This document shows positions 14,588 to 27,710 of a stretch of 64,000 nt of DNA, piece after piece. A program made the position numbers and the translations under genes. Origin of the DNA: Octopus vulgaris. Its lineage: Eukaryota. The DNA lies in NCBI GenBank assembly GCA_951406725.2, contig OX597814.1:66154001-66218000 (forward strand). The letters are read 5' to 3'. Position 1 is the first letter of the stretch; each line of letters begins with the position of its first letter. The notes beneath the pieces were generated by a model. The model was not told the DNA's origin. It was given only the letters and a program-made list of their open reading frames with translations, and made no database searches.

Positions 14588-15353
14588 CTTCCGTAGTGTA
14601 TACTCTAGTTGTATATTTATCTCTTACTGATTGTTCATTTCCAAGTTCACAACATACATCTTTCATATTCCTTGTTTTGTTGATTTATATCTTTCAAATT
14701 TGTTTTGTTTCTATTTTGTAAGACCGATTACGAGAGCATCGGATTTTTTCTATTCCTTTTCCCTTTTTTCAGTCTCCATCTCATAAAACAACTGCTGAGT
14801 ATGTCGTTTCTATTAATTATTTACTATCATACTTAGGTTATATTGAAATCTTGTTTTCTCTGTACCATATTGTTATAAGATGGTATAGATGTCAGGCGAT
14901 TTCGTGTATATTTGCATTTCAGGAATGTTATTAAAACACATGATGTAAATATGCATTCCAAGAATGATGCTAATAGATAAGACATATGTCACCTTAGTTG
15001 TAATTTATGAATAACCCAGTATTAGTTTACCTTCTACATACAGATATTTCAAACATCAATTCTATGATTTGCGCCAGTACTTCTCGAGATGACCGCTTGT
15101 TTCAAATCAAAATAACGAATATAGATTCATGTATAGAATTTGCATAATTCACGAATACATACGTATGTACGAACATATGTAGGTACGTATTATTGTCTGT
15201 GTGTGAATGTATGCATGTATGTATGTATGTATTTATGTATGTAAGATGGAACCTATTGGTTCACTATTACACTGATGGAACCTATTGGTTTGTCATGGAG
15301 ATGAGTCTCATAAACCGATGTTTTATTCCAAAGTAGATTTCTCGCATTTATGA

Positions 15354-15399
<46 letters not shown>

Positions 15400-15624
15400 T
15401 GTGTAGAAGGTTGAAAAGGAGCACACGAGTTGATATGTCTAAGGAAAATAAGACAAGGTAGAAAATACTAATATAATTTTATCATGAAGATCATTTTAGT
15501 ACCTGTTTCAGTCTTTGCGACTTTTTCAACTTAGAGTAAAGTATGAAAAACAATTAAATTGTGGAGAAATTAAATCAATTCTTTTTTTAATATTTCCATT
15601 GTTTTCAAATGTAATGGACATTTT

Positions 15625-15670
<46 letters not shown>

Positions 15671-15671
15671 C

Positions 15672-15966
15672 TCTCTCTTTACTTTTGTGAGGGTTTGGTA
15701 GCAGGTAGTAGCAGCCCTAATATTTGATATGAGTTCTTGGTTCTGATTGCTTAAGCAGCAGTCGTAGCTGAGGAAGGAGGCGACGACAACAACGACGACG
15801 ACGACGATGAAGAAGAAGAAGGAGGAGGAGCAGGAGGAGCAGGAGCAGGAGCAGGAGAAGAAGAAGAAGAAGAAGAAGAAGAAGAAGAAGAAGAAGAAGA
15901 AGAAGAAGAAGAAGAAGAAGAAGAAGAAGAAGAAGAAGAAGAAGAAGAAGAAAAATAATAATAAAT
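15672..15966. repeat. About 290-bp segment duplicated at 16955-17219, with a (GAC)/(GAA)/(GGA) repeat tail
   Basis: Both copies share gtagcaggtagtagcagccctaatatttgatatgagttcttggttctgattg...gctgaggaaggaggcgacgacaacaacgacg and end in aaaaataataaat. Confidence 0.9.
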
Positions 15967-17892
15967 TTGCAAGAGTGGTATAAAAGTAGTAGGATGTTGG
16001 TGAAATCCTCTTAAATGGTCAAGTGACCTAAAGGTGACGTGTTGCAGTTGTAATAGTAGTGATCGAAATTGTTCTGAATAAATTCATGGGTAGTGACTGT
16101 TCTGAATATATTCCCTTGTAATAGTTTGGCCTATGTATTGCTCTCGACACCCAGAACAAGTTAATACATATATTAGGTTCTCGGAAGGGCATGTTACGTT
16201 GTTTTTCACTGTAAAACGTTGGCCGTCTTTGAAAGAGAACTCCGATCCCTCAATTAGGTCGATGCTTAAATCACGGTTAGGTATTCCGCATTTTTTTACT
16301 GACAGCTTGTTGTCGAGTGTACTTGGGCTTGTGTTAGGAGACTTTTCATAGATTTAGGTTGTCATTTGCTCTTTATGATAGTGTGCGTTTGGAGGAGTAA
16401 ATTATTTTGTGGTCCCTTTTTAGTAGGGGAATGTTCTGGAGGATGATGTCGAAGGCTTCCTTGTTAAGAGGGTTGTGTGTGGAGATGTATGGCAGGGCTT
16501 TTGGTTGTAAATCCTTCTTTAAGTTGGGATGTCTGAGTTCGTGGATGTTGAGCTGTAGGATACGTTGAAAGCCTGTATCAATTAGTGATGGTGGGTAGTT
16601 CCTGGTAATGAGTGTATCCTTTAGTTCATGTAGTCGTGCGTCCCTGGTGCTTGAATTAGAAACTATGGTACAAATCCACATTCTAGTGTGTCTGAGGTAG
16701 CATGAGTTGAACGGCAGATATTGCTTGAAGTCCGTGAGCATATAAAATATATCTGTTTCTATTTCGTTGTTAGATTTTTTAATGAGGATGTTGAGGAATA
16801 GAAGATGTTGATGGCTATATTCCATCATAAATTGAATGTTTACGTTAAGTCCATTTATAAGAGCTTGAAATTCTTTAAGTCTCTCTATAGTTTCTTGCGA
16901 AAGAATGAAACAGTCATACAAATACCTTTTTTTTTCCTTTTTTCTGTCTGTGTGTCTCTCTTTTTTACTCTTGTGGGGGTTTGGTAACAGGTAGCAGGTA
17001 GTAGCAGCCCTAATATTTGATATGAGTTCTTGGTTCTGATTGTTTAAGCAGCAATCGTAGCTGAGGAAGGAGGCGACGACAACAACGACGACGACGAAGA
17101 AGAAGGAGGAGGAGGAGGAGGAGGAGGAGGAAGAAGAAGAGGAAGAAGAAGAAGAAAAAGAGGAGGAGTGGAGGAGGAGGGGGAGGAGGAGGAGGGAAAG
17201 AAGAGAAAAAATAATAAATAGGTAGAGGGAGAATGGGTTGCCATATTTTTCTAGCACCTTACGATAAAGACTGATTTCTAGATATCCAATGACTAGGTTA
17301 GTAAAGGGAGGAGCCATTCTCGTATCCATCGCAGTCCCCGATTTTTGTCGATAGAAGTTGTTTTTGAAGACAAAGTAGTTATTCTCCAAGATGAATTTTA
17401 ACCTTTCTATTACGAATTCTTTTTTGATGCGATGTGGGAGTTCGTTGGAGTAATTCTCTAGCCAGTATTGAATTGCCTCTATTCCTCTGCTGTGTGGGAT
17501 ATTAGAATAGAGGTTGACTGCATCGAAGGATACTAGTAGGGTGTTTTTAATTATTGTCTTAGGTGGGTGATTGAGCATGTCTAGGTCGTCCCTTATGTAG
17601 CTTTTGACATGCATTAGGAATGGTTTTAAGACGATATCTGAAAAGTTACTGAGGCGGTGGGTTTCGCATGCGGAACCTGCTATTATAGGTCTTAATTTGA
17701 GGTCATTAGGAGTAGGGACCTTGTTTATTATGTCTGTGGCTCTCCTGCATGCGTTACTCAATGTCGCACTTTTGTGTATCTTAGGAATATCGTAGAATTG
17801 ACTGGATTTACTCTTGAAGTTAGTCATATAATCATATTCCTTGTCGGTGAGCTCGTCTCTGTATAGGCTTAATATAGATTTTAGGTTTCTCA
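15967..17892 (-). mobile_element. Penelope-like retroelement (RT + GIY-YIG), 5'-truncated and decayed
   Basis: ORF 16373-17986 has PKIHK, LRPIIAG, SFDAVNLYSNIPH, YRQKSGTAM, a degenerate RYLYDC (YLDD) and TDIFY. Downstream, 16120-16290 gives EGSEFSFK...TCPSENLIYVLTCSGCREQYIGQT (GIY-YIG). Confidence 0.9.
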
Positions 17893-17893
17893 T

Positions 17894-17955
<62 letters not shown>

Positions 17956-18759
17956 TGTGTAAGAAAATCATCCTATTGATCCCCATTTCTCTTCAATCGA
18001 TACCCATGAAAGATTCTCGAAAACTGCGCCACTATTTAATGAAACATTCATCAAATATTCAATTCTTCACTTTCCAACATACTGTACATATTCATAACTA
18101 ATTGTCTGATCTACAAATATGCAAAGTCAACAAAATCAAATATCAAAATCAACAAATTTGCTGACAGGTGAACAAGAGTTAAGATAACAACGTTACTACC
18201 AAGAGCTAGGCTTTTATTCTAAGACATTATTATCACAGTCAACTGCTGTAGTCCATTAAATATGTTGTTGCTATTATTGTTGTTGCTATTGTTGTTGTTT
18301 AGCACCCAGATGAGTCCTGATTGGGCACACCGCTGATCAAAGACGTACCAATTCAATTTTCTTAAGAATAACTCATCCAGGATACCATTTATATTTTAAA
18401 ACTCCAGAGTGTGTATTCAGTGAGATTTGATAGTAACTTCTAACAGCTCAAGCAACTACATAGTAGTTCCCTATATTTGTGGTTTTACTGGTAGAAGGAT
18501 CTGTTCTATGGATTATAACTCGATTTTCTCATAAATTTTAATTTATGTCAACATATATCATGTCTTTATTATTTAAACTGAATGCCAAATGAGCTAAAAT
18601 AGTGACGCGTTAGACTGGACCAATATCAGACTGTCAATAACTATGTAGGTTGTGAGGCTTTGCCGAAGTACTAATCTACATCTGATAATTCCAGAAACAC
18701 TAGAATTGTTTCCTTTTAGCATTATAGTATATAATTGATATTTCTCTCTTTCTAAGGTG

Positions 18760-18910
18760 ACAAGCTGACAAAGTGCCTACCATCCCTTTTGTCCATCTTT
18801 ACGCCGGGGGTTGACTTTGCCGTTCATCCTTTCGGAGTCGATAAAATAAGTACCAGTCGAGCACTGGGGTCGATGTAATTTCTGACCTTGTGTCAAAATT
18901 TGAAGTCAGT
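18760..18910 (+). mobile_element. SINE family B, diverged copy
   Basis: gactttgccgttcatcctttcggagtcgataaaataagtaccagtcgagcactggggtcgat. Confidence 0.65.
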
Positions 18911-19137
18911 AGTTCTCCCTTTCTGCCTTCTAAATTGCATAGTAGTAGTGCTGATTTGCTTGAATTTTTGGATCGACTTACTAACGATAACTAATACACT
19001 GCCTAATGAAATGTAATTTTTTTCTAATAAGGTTAAACGTCCTAAGATATTTCAGCAATAGAGAATCCGTAACAACGCAGGCATTATTGAAAAAGAATAT
19101 AGTTGACATATATTTTGATATATGAATATTTCAAGTC

Positions 19138-19295
19138 AGGCAAAACGCTTAGAGGCATTTCGTCCATCTTAAGCTTCTGAGTTCAAATTACATTGTAGTC
19201 GAATTTGTGTTTATCCTTTCGGGGCTCATAAAATAAGTAGCAGTTTAGGCGCGTCCCCGGAATTGCTGGCCTTGTGGCAAGATTTGAAATCAATA
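19138..19295 (+). mobile_element. SINE family B, diverged copy
   Basis: gcatttcgtccatctt...ctgagttcaaatt...tcctttcggggctcataaaataagtagcag. Confidence 0.6.
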
Positions 19296-20439
19296 TTTCA
19301 GATCATAGACAAGATGAAACAGAGATTGAGGCAAGAGTAAGGATTAGATTCGAAGTAAAATAAATTTATCAATAGGCAGACAGCGTCTCTGAGCATTTTC
19401 GCCTGCCACAGAGTTTTAGTGAGAAAAATATCCCTATCACCGGCTGTACCTATACAAATAGTTCCCCAGTAGCAGTCAGTCTATTCAAACAAATTCACGA
19501 CCATTTCGTTTATAAATGTAAAATTCAAGTATTTTTTGCATCCCAGTATGAAGAGATTGCGTTGACATATTTTGTTGGGCGTAAGTGGAAAATGCGTTAT
19601 GACCTATTGTGTGTTTGAAATCTAAATACGAGAAGTACTAACAATGTTCTAATTATTTAGCTTACCTTATAGATATTTCGAGCTATATAATCCAGAAACA
19701 ACACAGTGATCTGTTATGACTTGAAAAAAGGTATCTGTGTCGGGCATAAATAAGGTCTTCTGAGAAGTTTATTTCAGCAATGGCTTATTCTCAGTTTTGT
19801 CATGTTTGTGGGTTGTGGTTCGAAACATCAGTAGAATAAAACAGTCATTTATTCTCGAAAACAATTCGTTCATTGTTGACCGTTTCTTCTCTTCCAATTT
19901 CAAATATAAACGTTTCATAACATTTTCTCAAAATCGAGAATTTATTCTACAAATTGTTTGAAAATCTTTAATGATTTATTTTATTATATATATATTTTTT
20001 AATGTACCTTAGTTATTGATTACATACTTCTTTGACTGTTGTTATTTCTCATGAGCATTATTTGAGTTTTTTCGATTCTTTATACAGGCATACTGCGGCG
20101 GCTGGAGTTGTTTCATGTTTCGTTTCGTCTTTTGTTTTGTTGAATGGCTGCTTTTCTTTTGATGCTTGCCAATGGTCAACATATTAATATGCATGAACAT
20201 ACATACACACATTTACACCCACGTTTGCTTCAGAGCGTGTATGTATACCGTTTGTAATTACTAATAAGTAAAGGTATTTCTTTATACGTACATATGTATG
20301 AATATTGTTTAGTACGCACACACACAAACACGGCTACACATGCTTACATAGGGCTGAGTGCGTATGTGTATGTGACTGTATGTGTGTGTATATGTGTGTA
20401 AGTATGCATGTATGTATATATGTGTGTGTATGTATGTAT

Positions 20440-20507
<68 letters not shown>

Positions 20508-21078
20508 CTGTGTGTGTATGTATGACGTGTATGTGTGTACGTGTGTTTATATGTTTACATGTATACATGCGTGTGTATTTTTGTGTGCATATGAAAATGT
20601 AGATAAAATGCGGGTTGTTTCCAGTGTACAAATAGAGATGTAAATTTAGTTGGATGGATTGCGGATATGCCTATGCACGTGTTGTGTGTGTTTGAAAGAA
20701 GGAGAATGGGAGGGGGAGGGGGAAGGAGGAGAGGAAGCCGTTTACATGTGTGTTCTTATATGGTTAAGCTAAAGTAAACACTTCTAAGTAGAGAGCAAAC
20801 AACGATACAATGTAAAATCTAAGTAATAATTAGACAAAAATTGCTTGTACACTCATGCACCGACTAAAAGACATAACACTTTTTTCTGGATTTGTTCAAA
20901 AGTTGTATTATTTATTACAAGTTACATTGAGACACCAAACCACTTATGAAAGACAAGAAAAATTTTGTATGGACATCTGCTACGTTGAAACACTATACCA
21001 TTCATTTATCAAGGACGGAGGGAGGAAAATATCACAAAACACAAGTGAGTAGAGGGGTTCTTCCCAAAATCCAGATCA

Positions 21079-21448
21079 AACAAGAGCAATCGGAGAGCGC
21101 AAATCTCCGCTAAGTTAACACCAACAGTCCTCTCAACGATTAGCATGAGATGATTTTTAAAATGAGAATATCTTAAATAAATTCGAGTGCTCTCACAAAC
21201 GAGAATACTAAAAGTGAATCCGACCGCTCACAAAAATTAAGTAACAAAAAACGGAAAAGTAATCCAGAATCCTTGTCCGGTGCCGGATCGATCCCCAAAT
21301 CTAATCGGTTCGTGCTAGTCGCGAGGCCAAACATTCCTGAAAGTTTCATCAGAAATCCATCCAGTGGTTCTTGAGATATCTTGTCCACGGACAAAAACAA
21401 GACACGACTGAAAACAATACTTCCGCCTTCGCTAAGTCGGAGGTAATA
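21079..21448 (-). mobile_element. Non-autonomous Helentron-associated element (HINE/DINE-1-like)
   Basis: Minus strand starts ttattacctccgac...ggcggaagtattgttttc, has an aagatatctcaagaaccactggatggatttctgatgaaacttt core, and ends gcggagatttgcgctctccgattgctcttgtt. This gives subterminal inverted repeats, a 3' hairpin and TT ends. Confidence 0.75.
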
Positions 21449-22009
21449 AAATCCAGATAAAGATAAAAATTTGGACTGAACTTGTTTGAATATGATTTCT
21501 GTTCCGGTTGCCAGACTTATATGACCAGTTATTGATTTTTTATACATAAAATTACTATTTTTTCTCCTAAAAGGTTTAATAATCTTCTCCAGATTGAAGA
21601 AAATATCCCTACGCTGCCAAGCACCAACTAAAGCGAAGCAATTCATATTTCTATATGAAACCAACGTACCACAGTTGATGTGTTATTCCACAGCAGTAGG
21701 TTGGTGCTGTCTTTGTACGTATACTAATAACTCTTAAAATCTCCTCACAAGTTAATCTTAATTCTCTTCTAGCTGGTTTAATTAATCCACATGTGAAATT
21801 GTAGTTGAAAACTTGTTTATGGTATTTAAGCAAGATATAGAGCATTGTGTTGATACCTTTAGTTTCATCAGTAAATTTATTATAGGTATCAGTGGTGGCT
21901 TTCTGGTATTTGCTATTCGTACTAACATGTAAGAGCTGGTTATATTTATCCTTATCAACTTCATATATTAGTTTTTACTTCTATCTGAAAATACGAATAT
22001 ATTCCTAGC

Positions 22010-22340
22010 CGTTATTACACTAGCTGAAATCAGCCAGAGAGCAGAGGAAAATATGTGGCTATGTTAAAAGACCGTTTTAAGAACCGATACTACTCACATA
22101 TCATCCTTTAGACCTCAACAACGACCCGTGCGAAGCGTTCTGGGAACTAAAAAAGAAGGAATACCATGTACCATGAAATGGGATGTGCTGGATAGGTCCA
22201 GGCCGTATATCAGAAGAAAAAAAGTTCTCTTTTCTTATCTAAAATGTTCTGGATATTACAGGGACTAAAATCCAATAATATATACTTAAACAATGAGAGT
22301 AAAATATTCAGCGGATGCTTGCTCATCGAGCTCTACCTCC
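22010..22340 (+). mobile_element. Remnant GIY-YIG endonuclease of a different Penelope-like lineage
   Basis: Broken frames give KYVA..., NRYYSHISSFRP, FWELKK and MKWDVLDRSRPY, matching the KxRYxxHxxSF...W.LK...W pattern of PLE endonucleases. Confidence 0.55.
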
Positions 22341-24202
22341 TATCGTCAGGAAGATATTGTGAAATAACCACTTTTCAATCCCCAACCAATACGTACCCAC
22401 CCTAATCAGCTAAGTAAACTAATTCTACACAAACACACACGCATCAGCCTATACTCATAACAATCTACAAATACTATTTAACAATGATAACGGACTGACA
22501 CACGTACAAAGTACACACACTAACTGCACAAGCACATAAACCTAGGGCATAAACAAACATACATAGGTCAACTTGCCAACTCATCAATCACATAACATCT
22601 ATCGACCAACAATATTTTTATAAGAAATTTGCACATAAATATAACAGATGTTATGTCTGATCATTTGTGGAGGAATACAGTTAAGATACTAGGTAGAGAT
22701 TGACAGTGGAATATAAGGCGACTGAAAATAGGCTGAACAAAATGAACGCCATATGGGAGCCTTTAAGTCTACAACCATAAAAAAGTTAGGCTTAAAACTT
22801 GTTTTTATTAACGAGTTGCCCTGCGAGACAATGAGATAATGAATATAATCGTTGATTACGTGTCAACTGCAATAGCTTATCTAGTGGGTGAGAGTTTATC
22901 CCTTGGGCAGTCAAATTATATATACTCAGACTGAAGCTGAAGATGAAAGTAGTATCACAAATATTAAGATAACTAGTAACGGTTATCCTTGGTATGGGAA
23001 ACTAAAAAAATCCATCCCCGTAGACCTAAAATTCAAAAATGAATATTAAATTCAGAGAACATTACCGAAATGAGAGGTGCCTGTAGAGAACCGGGGGGTA
23101 TAGTGACGAAAATGTGTTGGAGACAGACTGCATGAACCAGAATAGGGTCATAATATAATTAATGTATATGATTCATTTTTAAAAATATCGTTGGGTGTAA
23201 TTTGATTGTGATAGGACGGGTGATAATATTGGGGGTCCATTAACATTATTGTTGTTGTTGCTATTTGTTTTCTTTAGTATCAGATTAAACTTGACAGAGC
23301 AGACATATGACTGAAGGAATTACAACCATGACTACCTTAGGAAAGTGTAATTGTTGTTTCTAGCGTGCACTTGTTTTTGCTAGTTGTTGTTTGTTTCGTT
23401 GTCATGGAAATAACTGTTGTTCTTTTTGTAGTATTTCTTCGTCCCTGATTACATTTGACTTATCATTGTAATCAAATGAAACATATTTGATCCTGTTAAA
23501 TTCTCTGATGCTTTGCTTGTTGTCCTGAGTAGTCCGAGAAGTTGATTCCAGATAGTAAGGTTAGTGTTCCAGCGGTTCAAGAGTTATGTTCCTGTCCCTT
23601 CAGCTTAGATCAAGTAATTATCTAGATAACTGATTCTCGGTCATGATTTCGATACTTGATTGTACATAGTTCAACATCACGTCTGCTGCTTATATCTTTG
23701 CAAAAAGACACAAACATACACACTTATCAGACCTATTTATAGTTAATTGAACAGTGAGTTCATTTCTTTTGCTATCTTCTTCAATATCCTATCCCGTTTC
23801 CTTGGGGATTAATCCACAGTTTAAGACGGGCTCTTCACTAAACACTGAACAATTCGCTCTCGTTACTGATTCCTGTTCTTGGCAAGAACAGTAGCTTTGC
23901 CAAAGTTAATAATGCATCCATTAAGCTCAGCACCATCTTAGCAAATCTATGGACACCGAATAGTTCCGATGGATCAAGATCAACCGATTCTTTGATTTAA
24001 GCCATGATACTATTTTTGTAGCTGAGAGTAATGACTTGTCAGAAACAGCAAAGTTGCTTGACTAAATAACGTATGAAAAATTTTCCTTCTTTGTATGTAC
24101 TCAAGATGTTGAACATATCGCTTTTATTATTGCGCTAATTGATAATATTAACAGTAGTAACATGGGTGGTTCACAGGTTTAATAGCATTATAAGCTATAA
24201 AA

Positions 24203-24685
24203 GATAAAATCAGAACGAAGTCTTAAGGATGTAGTGAGCATCTCCCTACTTAAAAATGAGAGCTAAAGTCTCAATTCAACCATCAATCAAAAATATTTGC
24301 CATAGATGGTATTAACAATACTAACATCTTATATCGAATATAAACATTCGAATGTTTTTGCTCATAAATATTTTGCACTATGCGTTGCTGGTTCTTGCCG
24401 CAAAACAAGCCAGAGCGCTAAAGGATTTATAACGTAGCAGATTTGGAACTTTTTGCCCGGTAACTCATACCGAAGAAGGTTAAGGCTCTCGGGCCAACAC
24501 CTAAAACCATGGTTTATGACTATCTGAGCGGCATAATCTTTATAGGTATGCTTTTTAATCCTTTATCCGTTTCCTCGCATACTGTTATTTTCTATTATTC
24601 TGGTGTCGTCTGGCAGTTGAACTGAGACTTTAGCTCTCATTTCTAGATAGGTTGATCCTCATTGCATCCGTAAGGCTTCGTGCTG

Positions 24686-24693
<8 letters not shown>
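24203..24693. repeat. Cassette with about 80-bp diverged inverted repeats around a degenerate hammerhead
   Basis: 24203-24284 (ataaaatcagaacgaagtcttaaggatg...aaatgagagctaaagtctcaattcaac) is inverted at 24611-24693. Confidence 0.75.
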
Positions 24694-24717
<24 letters not shown>

Positions 24718-24721
<4 letters not shown>

Positions 24722-27276
24722 GTCATCCCATAAGTTCTGTCCAAATTTTGAATTAAAAAAAACAAGTGATCAAATGTTACGAGGGGCATTCAATAAGTAA
24801 TGCCCCTGACCCACTTGCAGTTGTTTGATCTAGCTGAAATTTTGCATGTGCACTTATTTATACCTCTATAGATTAAGTAGCGAATTACAGCTCTGAATTA
24901 ATTGTGGTTTCTGATTTACAGGTGTTTGAACTGAGTCAAGTGTGAAATGGAGCCTGTTGAGTGTCGAGCAGTAATCCAGTTTTTGTATTTGAAAGGACGC
25001 ACACCACGGGAGACTTTTGATGAAATGAAAGTAACTTATGGTGATGATGCCCCATCCTATGACCTTGTAAAACGCTGGCATTGTGAATTCAAACATAGTC
25101 GGAACTCTGTGGAAACAGCTCCCAGATTTGGTCGCCCCCTTCTGCCGTTGATGAAACGTCTGTCCGTCAAGTTGAGGCTGCCATTTTGGAAGGTCAACGC
25201 ATAACTATTCGCCAAATAGCCCATAAGGTCAAGATTAGTACCGGGTCTGTGGAAACTATAATTCATGACCATTTGCATATGCAAAAGGTGTCTGCCAGAT
25301 GGATTTCCAGGTTGCTCACACCTTTCCAGAAGCAAGAACGCGTTGAGTGCTCGAGGATGAATTTGGAGATGTGCCAAGAAGATGAGTCAAAATTTTTCAA
25401 AAGACTGATCACACAGGATAAAACCTGGGTCCATCACTATGATCCATAGACCAAAGCCCAGTCAATGCAGTGAAAGCACCGTGACTCACTTCCTCCAAAG
25501 AAGGCAAGGGTGCAGCCCTCCGCTGACAAGGTTATGCTCACAGTCTTCTGGGACCAGGACGGAGTAGTGATGACAGATTTCCTGGCAAAGGGTACCACAA
25601 TTACAGGAACCTATTATGCTTCACTTTTGAGGAAATTAAGAGAAGCTATCAAAATCAAGAGGCGGGGCAAGATCAGCAAAGGCATCCTCCTCCTGCAGGA
25701 CAACGCTCCGGTCCACAACTCGCTTGTCGCCAGATCAGAAGCACAGGCGTGCAGCTATGAACTCCTCCCCTTGCACCCTCTGATTTTCACCTCTTCCCAG
25801 CCATGAAGTTGATTTTGAAAGGAAAGCGTTTCCCAGATGATGCAGCCTTGATTTCTGGAGTCATGTCGTGGTTGGAGGACCAAGCTGGGGTCTTCTACAA
25901 AAACGGTCTCCAAAGCTGTATGAAACGATGGGAGAAATGCATAACTCTGGGTAGTTCCTATGTAGGAAAAGACTAATAACTGTGCCAAGTGTCGTTGCTC
26001 TACTGCTATGGGAAGTGGGTCAGGGGCATTACTTATTGAACGCCCCTCGTATATTTAATTGAAATTTAATCATCAATGTACTTTCCCTGATTATCTATGA
26101 CTTCCTTCCATCTATTTACAAGCTTTTTAATCCCATCAATGTAAAACTCTTTTGGTTTCAAAGCGAAGAAATCTGGAATGTCAGTTTCGACCTCCTCCTG
26201 GCTTGCGAAAGTTATGTCCCCCAAATGATTCTGTAAACTACGAAACAAATGGTAGTCTGAAGGAGCAAGGTCGAGAGAATAAGGTGGATGAGGAATTCTT
26301 TCCCAACCAAGCACTTCAATCTTCTGTGATGTGATCTTTGCAGTGTGGGCTTACACATTGTCCTAATGAAACATCACTCCTTTTCGATTCACTAAAGCGG
26401 GTCTTTTTTCTTCAAAGCTTCATTCAAATGCTCTAATTGCTGACAGTAGACTTCAACATTGATTGTTGCATTAGGTGGTAACGATTCAAAGTGAATTACT
26501 CCTTTGCAATCCCACCAGATAGAGAGAAGAACCGTTTTTTCCATGAAGTTCCATTCTCGATTGTGGTTGAGCGTTTTCCCTTTTACCAAGCCACTGTTTA
26601 CGACGTTTAACATTTCGATAGAAGATCCATTTTTCGTCGCCAGTCACAAGTCAATCGAAAAAGGGTGAAATGAGTTCGTGAGAATGGATAGAAGAGCAGA
26701 TGTCAACTCAGGATTTGCGGTTGCTTTCGGACAATTTATGAGGCACCCATTTTCCAAATTTAGGAACCTTTCCAAGTTGTTGAAGATGATGATGAACAGT
26801 TGTATGGTTTGAACTAAGCTTTATTGCCAATTTTTCAACTGATAATGCCGGATTTTCTTCCAGTAATGCCTCAAGGAGATTATCATCAAACTCAACTGGA
26901 CGTCCTGTTCGATCTTCATCTTCAAGGCTGAAATCCCCACTTCTCAATTTTGCGGACCATCTTCTGCAAGTTCTTTCATTCAGGCATTCTATTTACAAAA
27001 CTGAGTGTATGTTTCAAGTCGCTTCGGCTGCAGAGTTTCCTTTTTTGTACTCAAAAAGCATTATGTGCTTTAAATGCTCTTTGGATACTGCCATGTGAGA
27101 AATGGTTTTAATCAAAGAAAATTTAAATCTATTATTCTGTAAAATAATATTCAATTAATGTAAATGTACACAAATGCATAAAAATAATTTTTAATTCCAT
27201 TAGACATTCTAAAATTCTATTAAATTTCATTTAATTTTAAAAAAGGTAAAATCGGACAGAACTTATAGGATGACCT

Positions 27277-27279
<3 letters not shown>
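24718..27279 (-). mobile_element. Outer mariner transposon, defective, inserted in (TA)n
   Basis: TIRs tcaggtcatcccataagttctgtcc / ggacagaacttataggatgaccttga with flanking TA. Transposase 27094->26066 (MAVSKEHLKHIMLFEY, WVPHKL, VTGDEKW, IWWD, PHPPYSLDLAPSDYHLF, GKYIDD*) with stops and frameshifts. Confidence 0.93.
24780..26049 (+). mobile_element. Inner mariner transposon (irritans-like), nested, defective
   Basis: TA-cgaggggcattcaataagtaatgcccctgacccactt ... aagtgggtcaggggcattacttattgaacgcccctcg-TA. Transposase 24947-25976 with SARWISRLL, ITQDKTWVHHYDP, VFWD and LLQDNAPVH. Confidence 0.95.
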
Positions 27280-27344
<65 letters not shown>

Positions 27345-27668
27345 TCTTTTATCCTTTTACTTGTTCCAGTCACTTGACTGTGGCCATACTGGAGCACCGC
27401 CTTTAGTCGAACAAATCGACCCCAGGACTTATTTTTTGTAAGCCTAGTACTTATTCTATCGGCTCTTTAGTCGAACCGTTAAGTTACGGGGACGTAAACA
27501 CACCAACATCGATGTCAAGTGATGGTGGGGGAAAAACACAGACATAAATACATACATATATACATACACGGCAGGCTTCTTTCAGTTTCTGTCTACTAAA
27601 TCCACTCACAAGGCTTTGATCGGCCCAAGGCTATAGGTGCTGGGAAGCAAGTTTCTTACCATACAGCG

Positions 27669-27670
<2 letters not shown>
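27345..27670 (-). mobile_element. SINE family A copy with an internal deletion in the head
   Basis: ttttacttgttccagtcacttgactgtggcc...tccactcacaaggctttg...cttaccatacagc. Confidence 0.8.

Positions 27671-27710
<40 letters not shown>

Noticed and set aside
16373-17986. 537-aa ORF as a functional or domesticated RT
   Set aside because: It begins in microsatellite, includes a low-complexity insertion, has YLYD for catalytic YLDD, and is disconnected from the endonuclease.
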